Source: Myxococcota bacterium (lineage in GTDB: Bacteria > Myxococcota_A > UBA9160 > UBA4427). Taken from it: a stretch of DNA of 64,000 bases. Position numbers and translations under genes: made by a program. A model generated the notes under the pieces. The model saw only the letters and a list, made by a program, of their open reading frames with translations. It was not told where the DNA came from and did no database searches. Of this stretch, positions 57,147 through 64,000 are shown piece after piece. Numbering within the stretch: position 1 is the stretch's first letter; each line of letters begins with the position of its first letter. The stretch spans positions 2,528,001-2,592,000 of the forward strand of contig OZ252299.1 of the NCBI GenBank assembly GCA_965250285.1, given 5' to 3'.

Positions 57147-58538
57147 ATGGCGATGGATTCGAACGATGAACGCCGGCGAAGCCGGCGGACGGTAATGACA
57201 TTGGCGGCGGTGCTCCTGCTGGTCGGCAGCGCGTGCACGGCCCCACTGACACCCCTCCCGACGGCGCGGCCGCTCGGACACGATCTGGCGGTGGCCTCTC
57301 CAGCAGGGGGCCGACCTCAGGCTCCGGCGGAGCCGTTCGCCGAGCCCGAGGGCGCCCTGACGTTGCAGAGCGCCCTGGCAGCCGCTCTTCGCAACGCCCC
57401 GCGTCTGCAGGGATTCGATTGGCAGGTGAGGGCCGACGAAGCGCGAGCTCTTCAGGCTGGACTCCTGCCGAACCCGACCCTGCTGATCGAGGGAGAGAAC
57501 TTCGCTGGGTCGGGCGCCTTCAACGGATACGACGCTGCGGAGACGACGGTCTTCCTCGGTCAACTCGTTCAGCTCGGCGGCAAACGGGCCAAGCGCCGAC
57601 GGGTCGCCATGCTCGACCGAGAGCTCTCGGGTTGGGACTACGAGGCCGCGCGTCTCGACGTGTTCACGGAGACGACCCGACGATTCGTGGCCGCGCTCGC
57701 AGCGCGAGAGCGGCTCGCGCTGGCGGGCGAGACGCTACGTGTCGCCCGGGAGTCTCTGGAGGCCACCCGCACGCGCGTCCGCGCGGGTGCTGCCTCCTCG
57801 ATCGAGGAGGCGCGCTCGGAGGTCGCCGTCGCGACGCTGGAGGCCGAGCAGACTCGCAGAGAGATCGAGCTCGAGGCGGCGCGCAAGGCCCTCGCGTCGA
57901 GCTGGGGCGGCGAGCCGCGCTTTACGGAGCTCGAGGGAAGGCTCGACGAAGTTCGCTCCCTGCCGCCACTCGCGCGCATCTCGGCGGCGCTCGAGGAGAA
58001 CCCCGACCTGGCCCGCTGGGCCACGGAGGTATCGAAGCGGGAGGCCGGTCTCGACCTGGCGCGCGCGGGCGCCATTCCCGATGTCACGGCCGGTCTCGGG
58101 GTTCGGCACTTCAATGAGACCGACGACGCGGCGCTCGTCTTCGGCGTCGAGGTTCCGCTGCCGCTCTTCGATCGGAACCAGGGCGCCAGCAGAGCAGCTC
58201 AAGCCGACGCCCGCCGTGCCCGCGCGATGGCCCGTGCCAGTCGACTGTCCCTCTCGAGATCGCTCATCGCGAGCCACTCCACTGCGGTAGCTGCCTTCGA
58301 GAACGCTCGCGCGTTCGAGGAGCGGGTCCTCCCGCAAGCCAAGAATGCCTACGAGCGAACACAGGACGCCTATCGGAGAGGCCTCTTCCGTCTCGTCGAC
58401 GTGCTCGACTCGCAGCGGACGCTCTTCGACGCCAGAACCGAGTACGTCAACGCACTCGAGCGGTACCACGCGGCGCGGGCCGAGCTCGAGCGGTTGGCTG
58501 GAACCCCACTCGACGAGCTCGCTGGGGGGAGGAATTGA
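57147..58538 (+). CDS. czcC: TolC-like outer membrane factor
   Basis: LPNPTL, LGGKR, PLPLFDRNQG; first of CBA trio. Confidence 0.9.
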   Translation: MAMDSNDERRRSRRTVMTLAAVLLLVGSACTAPLTPLPTARPLGHDLAVASPAGGRPQAPAEPFAEPEGALTLQSALAAALRNAPRLQGFDWQVRADEARALQAGLLPNPTLLIEGENFAGSGAFNGYDAAETTVFLGQLVQLGGKRAKRRRVAMLDRELSGWDYEAARLDVFTETTRRFVAALAARERLALAGETLRVARESLEATRTRVRAGAASSIEEARSEVAVATLEAEQTRREIELEAARKALASSWGGEPRFTELEGRLDEVRSLPPLARISAALEENPDLARWATEVSKREAGLDLARAGAIPDVTAGLGVRHFNETDDAALVFGVEVPLPLFDRNQGASRAAQADARRARAMARASRLSLSRSLIASHSTAVAAFENARAFEERVLPQAKNAYERTQDAYRRGLFRLVDVLDSQRTLFDARTEYVNALERYHAARAELERLAGTPLDELAGGRN

Positions 58539-58539
58539 C

Positions 58540-59496
58540 ATGCGTATGAATCCCATTCGTGCGAGATCCCTGTGCCTCGCGCTCGTCTTCTCGACGGCGA
58601 CGGTTCTTGGCTGCGAGCTCGGGGTTGACGAAGTACACGTCGAGGAGTCCCATGCCGACGAAGGACACGAGGGTGAGGTCGTCCTGTCGGAGGCCGAGCG
58701 CGCCGAGTTCGGAGTCGAGCTCGCGGTCGCAGGTCCGGGAAGCATCGCTACGACGGTCGAGCTTCCGGGCGAGATCCTTCCCAACCAGGACCGGCTCGCC
58801 CACATCGTTCCGCGCTTCCCGGGCATCGTGAAGTCGGTCTCGAAGACCGTGGGCGATGCCGTGAAGCAGGGGGACGTCCTCGCGACCGTGGAGAGCAGCG
58901 AGAGCCTCTCGGTCTACTCGGTCAAGTCGCTGTTGGCGGGCATGGTCATCCAGCGCCACGTCGCCGTTGGCGAGTCGGTCACGACAGAGCGTGAGATCTT
59001 CGTCGTCGCCGACCTGCGCGAGGTCTGGGTGGACTTCCAGGCGTTTCAGAAGCACCTCCCCCTTCTCGCCGTCGGCCAACGTATCCACATCTCCGCCGGG
59101 CACGGGCTGCCCGAGGCCGAGGCGTTGGTGTCGTACATCTCGCCCATCGTCGACGAAGCCACGCGCACGGCGACCGTTCGCGCGGTCCTGCCCAACGAGC
59201 AGGGCGAGTGGCGGCCGGGACTCTTCGTGACGGGCCGCGTCGAAACCGCCAGCCATGACGTGGCCATCGCGGTGCCGACGGCCGCAATCCAGAGGGTGGG
59301 CGAGATCCCCGTGGTGTTCGTTCGCAAAGAGAAGGACGTGTTCGAGCCACGCCCCGTCCATCTGGGTCGCTTGGGCCCCCACTTCGTCGAGGTGACGAGT
59401 GGGCTCTCGGCGGGGGAGTCCTATGTCTCGGCGGGCGCCTTCACGCTGAAGGCCGAGCTGCAGCGCGGCGAGCTCGGCGAAGGGCACGGGCACTGA
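58540..59496 (+). CDS. czcB: Heavy-metal RND adaptor
   Basis: His-rich ends, WRPGLFV, C-terminal HGH. Confidence 0.9.
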   Translation: MRMNPIRARSLCLALVFSTATVLGCELGVDEVHVEESHADEGHEGEVVLSEAERAEFGVELAVAGPGSIATTVELPGEILPNQDRLAHIVPRFPGIVKSVSKTVGDAVKQGDVLATVESSESLSVYSVKSLLAGMVIQRHVAVGESVTTEREIFVVADLREVWVDFQAFQKHLPLLAVGQRIHISAGHGLPEAEALVSYISPIVDEATRTATVRAVLPNEQGEWRPGLFVTGRVETASHDVAIAVPTAAIQRVGEIPVVFVRKEKDVFEPRPVHLGRLGPHFVEVTSGLSAGESYVSAGAFTLKAELQRGELGEGHGH

Positions 59497-59498
59497 TC

Positions 59499-62400
59499 AT
59501 GACGGCGCTGATCCGATTCGGTCTCGAAAACCGGCTCCTCGTCACCGCGCTGGCGATCCTGATCGCTGCGGCCGGCTACTACAGCTATCGGGAGCTTCCC
59601 GTCGACGCGTTCCCCGACGTGAGCCCCAACCTCGTGCAGGTCTTCACGACGACCGAGGGAATCTCGCCGGAGGACGTCGAGAAGTACGTGACCTTCCCGG
59701 TCGAGACGGCCATGAACGGCTTGCCTGGGCTCGCGCGCATCCGGTCGGTATCGAACTTCGGTCTCTCCGTCGTGAACGTCTACTTCGAGGACGGCGTCGA
59801 CATCTACTTCGCCAGGCAGCTGGTCGGCGAACGGCTCCAGGAAGCGCGCGAGCAGATCCCGGAAGGCTTCGGCGAGCCCGAGATGGGCCCCATCTCGACC
59901 GGAATGGGGCTCGTGCTCTTCTACTACCTCGAGGACCGCACCCGGAGCTACACGCTCGAGGAGCTGCGAACGATCCAGGACTGGCTGGTCAAGGTGCAGC
60001 TCCAGACCGTTCCAGGCGTCACCGAGGTGCTCGGGATCGGGGGGCACGAGAAGCAGTTCCAGGTCTCCATCCACCCCGAGGACCTGCTCCGCTACGACCT
60101 CACCGTGGGCGACGTGCTCGCGCGGATTCGCGACAACAACCTGAACGTCGGCGCCCAATTCATCGAGAAGGACGCCGAGGAGTACGTGGTCCGCTCGGTC
60201 GGCCTCGCCACGAGCATCGACGACCTCGAGAGCATCGTGCTGAAGACGAAGGATGGAACCCCCATCTTCCTCGGGCAGGTCGCCGACATCGGGATCGGCG
60301 GTGCCCTCCGCCGAGGTCTCCAGACCCGCAATGGCGACGGCGAAGTCGTCGCCGGGATGGTCGTCAAGCTCTTCGGCACCAACTCGTCGACCGTCATCGA
60401 GCGCGTCGAGGAGAAGATCGCGTCCATCAACGCGGCGCTTCCTCCCGGCGTGCAGATCGTTCCCTACTACGAGCAGAAGACGCTCGTCTCAGCGGCGGTT
60501 CGCACCGTACAGAGCGCGCTCATCCAGGGCGTCGGTCTGGTGTCGCTCGTCATCGTCGTCTTTCTCGGCGCGTTGCGTCCGAGTCTCGTGGTCGCCCTCT
60601 CGATTCCTTTCTCGGTGCTCTTCGCGACACTCGGAATGGGGCAGTTCGACATCTCGGCCAACCTGATGTCCCTGGGTGGCCTTGCGATCGCGATCGGGAT
60701 GATGGTCGATGGCACGATCGTCCTCACGGAGAACGTGGATCGACTGCTCCGAGACAGTGCGCCGAAAGCGTCCCGAAGGGACGTGGTCGTGAAGGCGTGT
60801 GCCGAGGTCGCGCGGCCGATCGCCTTCGCGATCTCGATCATCATCATTGTCTTCCTGCCGCTCTTCACCCTCGAAGGGGTCGAAGGGAAGACGTTCCGGC
60901 CGTTGGCCTACACGGTGGCCATGGCAATGGCGGGGTCGCTCGTCTTCGCTCTCCTGGTCGCACCCATGCTGTCGTTCACGGTCATGAGACCACCGAAGCG
61001 AACGGACAACCAAGGCGGTTGGGTCGGCTACCTGATTCGGCTCTATCGGCCGTTCGTGACGCGGTTCGTTCGCCATCGTTCGCTGGCAGTGATGCTTGCG
61101 GTCGCCCTGACCGCAGTCGGGATCGGTGTCTTTCCCTTGCTGGGCTCCGAATTCACACCGCGACTTCGAGAGGGGACCCTGGTGCTTCGTCTCACCATGG
61201 TCCCCTCGATCTCGCTCAACGAGAGCAAGCGCGTGACGACGCTTGTGGAGCGGCGGCTACTGGCCGTTCCTGAAGTGTCCGGCGTCGTCTCACGCATCGG
61301 GCGTGGCGAGGTTGGAGCCCATGCCGACCCCGTGAACAGTGCGGAGATGTACGTGCTCCTCGGGCCGAAGGACACCTGGCGGGCGCAGACTCAGGACGGG
61401 CTCGAGGAGCTCATACGAGAGGGTGTCGGGCGTGTGCCGGGCGTACTCACGAACTTCACACAGCCCATCGCAATGACGGTCGACGAGCTGCTCGAGGGCG
61501 TGCGAGCCGAGCTCGCCATCAAGCTCTACGGAGATGACCTCGACGCGCTTGCCGAAAAGGCCGCGGAGATCGCTCGCGTCGTGGGCACGGTTCGCGGTGC
61601 AGCGGACGTGCAGGTCGACCAGGTCTCCGGTACGCCTCAACTCGTCATTCGCGTCGACCGCAAGTCGGTCGCACGGCACGGCATGAACGTGGAGGACGTC
61701 CAGCAGACCGTGCGCGCGGCCGTCGGCGGAGAGGTCGCGGGCCAGATCTTCGAGGGGGTCCGTCGCTTCGACATCTACGTGCGCTTCGCCGAGGAGTATC
61801 GCTCCGACCCCGAGGCGATCGGCAACGTGCTGGTGCCGGGACCGGGAGGCGTGCGTGTGCCGCTCTCGGATCTGGCCGAGCTCGAAGAGATCGTGGGCCC
61901 TCGGCAGATCACGCGGGAGGACAACCAGCGCTTCGTGACGATCCAGTGCAACGTTCTGGGGCGCGACATCGGGTCGTTCGTCGAAGAGGCAAGCCGCGCG
62001 ATCGAGCGGGGAGTCGAGCTCCCCGCTGGCTACTTCGTCACCTGGGGCGGCCAGTTCCGCCTTCAACAGGAGGCGAACCGGCGTCTCGCCGTCGTCGTCC
62101 CCATCACGCTGATCGTCATCTTCGTGCTGCTCTTCTCGAGCTTCGGCTCACTCCGGAACGCAACTCTCATCTTGCTCAACATCCCCCTCGCACTGGTCGG
62201 CGGGATCGTCGGGCTGTGGCTGTCCGGCCAGAACCTGTCCGTGCCGGCATCAGTTGGCTTCATCGCGCTTTTCGGCATCGCGCTCGAGAATGGGATGGTG
62301 CTCGTCACGTACCTGAACCAGCTCACGTCCGGTGGAGAGGACGTGGATTCCGCGTCTGTCGAGGGCGCGTGTCTGCGCCTGAGGCCCGTACTGATGACCG

Positions 62401-62585
62401 CGGCGACGACAGCACTCGGGCTGTTGCCGTTGCTCTTCTCTACGGGCACGGGAAGCGAGGTTCAGCGGCCTCTGGCTACAGTCGTCGTCGGAGGGCTGAT
62501 CACGTCGACCGTGCTGACGCTGCTCGTGCTCCCGGCGCTCTACAAGTGGTTCTCGCACGAACCCGAGTCAGCTGGCGAGGTCTGA
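59499..62585 (+). CDS. czcA: CzcA/CusA family heavy-metal RND pump
   Basis: DAFPD, NLMSLGG..IGMMVDG, GFIALFGIA, RLRPVLMT. Confidence 0.95.
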   Translation: MTALIRFGLENRLLVTALAILIAAAGYYSYRELPVDAFPDVSPNLVQVFTTTEGISPEDVEKYVTFPVETAMNGLPGLARIRSVSNFGLSVVNVYFEDGVDIYFARQLVGERLQEAREQIPEGFGEPEMGPISTGMGLVLFYYLEDRTRSYTLEELRTIQDWLVKVQLQTVPGVTEVLGIGGHEKQFQVSIHPEDLLRYDLTVGDVLARIRDNNLNVGAQFIEKDAEEYVVRSVGLATSIDDLESIVLKTKDGTPIFLGQVADIGIGGALRRGLQTRNGDGEVVAGMVVKLFGTNSSTVIERVEEKIASINAALPPGVQIVPYYEQKTLVSAAVRTVQSALIQGVGLVSLVIVVFLGALRPSLVVALSIPFSVLFATLGMGQFDISANLMSLGGLAIAIGMMVDGTIVLTENVDRLLRDSAPKASRRDVVVKACAEVARPIAFAISIIIIVFLPLFTLEGVEGKTFRPLAYTVAMAMAGSLVFALLVAPMLSFTVMRPPKRTDNQGGWVGYLIRLYRPFVTRFVRHRSLAVMLAVALTAVGIGVFPLLGSEFTPRLREGTLVLRLTMVPSISLNESKRVTTLVERRLLAVPEVSGVVSRIGRGEVGAHADPVNSAEMYVLLGPKDTWRAQTQDGLEELIREGVGRVPGVLTNFTQPIAMTVDELLEGVRAELAIKLYGDDLDALAEKAAEIARVVGTVRGAADVQVDQVSGTPQLVIRVDRKSVARHGMNVEDVQQTVRAAVGGEVAGQIFEGVRRFDIYVRFAEEYRSDPEAIGNVLVPGPGGVRVPLSDLAELEEIVGPRQITREDNQRFVTIQCNVLGRDIGSFVEEASRAIERGVELPAGYFVTWGGQFRLQQEANRRLAVVVPITLIVIFVLLFSSFGSLRNATLILLNIPLALVGGIVGLWLSGQNLSVPASVGFIALFGIALENGMVLVTYLNQLTSGGEDVDSASVEGACLRLRPVLMTAATTALGLLPLLFSTGTGSEVQRPLATVVVGGLITSTVLTLLVLPALYKWFSHEPESAGEV

Positions 62586-63017
62586 CGCTCGCGTGAGCGA
62601 ACGCGGCACTTGGGCGAGCGTCCAAGATCCGCGAAGGCTCGGCTGATCCAGAGGTCGAAGTTGGATGACCGCGAGGTTCTGGTGTGTGACGGCCGTTCAT
62701 CGCCGTCGCGAGCACAAAGATTGCCCCTCTCACGTGTTGACCCGGGAGGCCGCAAGTCGCTGTGCCTGCTTCCGATCGTGCGCGGGACTGGCGTGCTACG
62801 TCGAGCTGAGCGTCAGACGCTACGAAACAGGCTCACTGCAACGATCACCGTAAGTGACCACGCTACTGTAGGAATTCGAACCCCCGAGCCTCAGCTTCGA
62901 AGCCTCAGACAAGCCTTCGAAAAGACGTTGCGGTGGCCCTGGATCGGTCAGACGGGGATTGGCGGCGGCGAGAACGACGATGTCAGCGGTGCCTGCGGCG
63001 ACCCGGCGGCCACGTAC

Positions 63018-64000
63018 TCAACTGCGGCCCAAGCGTTGGGAGCGGAGTCTGAGCGCGTTCCCGATGACGGACACCGAGCTCAAACTCATTGCGAGAGCGG
63101 CAATCATCGGGTTCAGAAGCAGACCAAAAGCGGGGTAGAGCGCGCCGGCGGCGACCGGCACACCGAGGGCGTTGTAGCCGAAAGCGAAGACCAGGTTCTG
63201 CTTGATGTTGCGGAGCGTGGCTTCGCTGAGGAGCCTGGCTGTCAGCACGCCGCGTAGGTCTCCGTGCATCAGCGTTACGTCTGCACTCTCCATTGCGATA
63301 TCAGCGCCTGTGCCCATCGCGATTCCGACGTCGGCCTGCGCAAGGGCGGGAGCGTCATTCACGCCATCGCCGGCCATGGCGACGCGGCCCCCATGCGCCT
63401 GAAAGTCCTTGATGACCGCCGCTTTCTCTCCTGGCAGCACGTCTGCGACCACTTCCTCGAGGCCGAGCGTTGACGCTACAGCGCGCGCCGTATCGAGGTT
63501 GTCGCCGCTGAGAACGACGATTCGAAGACCAAGCTCGCGAAGCTCGGCAATCGCCGCGGGCGTCGTGGCTTTGATTGGGTCGGAGACCGCGATTAGGCCA
63601 GAGAGCGCGCCGTCGACAGCAAGGAACATCACAGTCGCGGCTTGTGCACGGAGAGCAGAAGCCCGCGCAGATAGCCCCGGAACTTGCTCGATGCCGAGCT
63701 CGGCCAACATCGTGGCGTTTCCGAGCGCAACGCGCGCCCCTTCGACTTTCCCTCTCACACCTCTGCCGGGCAGAGCCTCGAACTCAAGCGGCGAAGCAAG
63801 CGGCAGTCCCCTGTCTTTGGCTTCGCTGATAATCGCTGCCGCCAGCGGATGCTCGCTACCTATCTCCAGGCTCGCCGCTAGAGACAAGACCTTGGCCTCA
63901 TCCACTCCGGGAACGGGTTCGACTGAGGTGAGTCTCGGCGCTCCTTCGGTGAGCGTTCCGGTTTTGTCCACGACCAACACTTCCACGCTGCGCATCGCCT
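63018..64000 (-). CDS. copA: Cu(I)-type P1B ATPase, C-terminal part
   Basis: DKTGTLT, SEHPLA, GDGVNDAPAL, YN and MSLSS motifs. Confidence 0.92.
   Translation of the reverse strand, partial: AMRSVEVLVVDKTGTLTEGAPRLTSVEPVPGVDEAKVLSLAASLEIGSEHPLAAAIISEAKDRGLPLASPLEFEALPGRGVRGKVEGARVALGNATMLAELGIEQVPGLSARASALRAQAATVMFLAVDGALSGLIAVSDPIKATTPAAIAELRELGLRIVVLSGDNLDTARAVASTLGLEEVVADVLPGEKAAVIKDFQAHGGRVAMAGDGVNDAPALAQADVGIAMGTGADIAMESADVTLMHGDLRGVLTARLLSEATLRNIKQNLVFAFGYNALGVPVAAGALYPAFGLLLNPMIAALAMSLSSVSVIGNALRLRSQRLGRS

Overview
High-GC bacterial DNA dominated by a tandem stack of integrative elements at the 3' end of a minus-strand tmRNA gene; the intact gene is not in the window. Three copies of the tmRNA 3' end (4158-4186 and 53900-53928 identical over 29 bp; 35721-35751 degenerate), each beside IHF-like sites and paired GTGCCTCA-type arm repeats, divide the window. 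(1) 1-4.1 kb: redox genes with an HxlR regulator. (2) 4.2-35.7 kb: an integrative mobilizable element with tyrosine integrase, MOB-F relaxase, coupling protein, a recognisable oriT followed by a folded leading region, ParA/RHH/HTH-initiator, H-NS, RadC and a deleted DUF499 defence locus. (3) 35.7-53.9 kb: an integrase-less cargo block with five cytochromes P450, a Baeyer-Villiger monooxygenase, a diiron protein, thioesterases and a frameshifted RND pump. (4) 53.9-64 kb: a heavy-metal module (ArsR/SmtB, CDF-like, CzcCBA, partial Cu ATPase). The best candidate for a new system is a two-gene operon at the right end of the mobilizable element: a ComEC-type metallo-beta-lactamase ending in a flexible tail and C-terminal Gly, coupled to a single 1139-aa E2-E1-JAB-patatin fusion. 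This is CBASS-like conjugation machinery and a lipase effector in one chain, with no cyclase. All assignments come from motif reading by eye; no searches were run.
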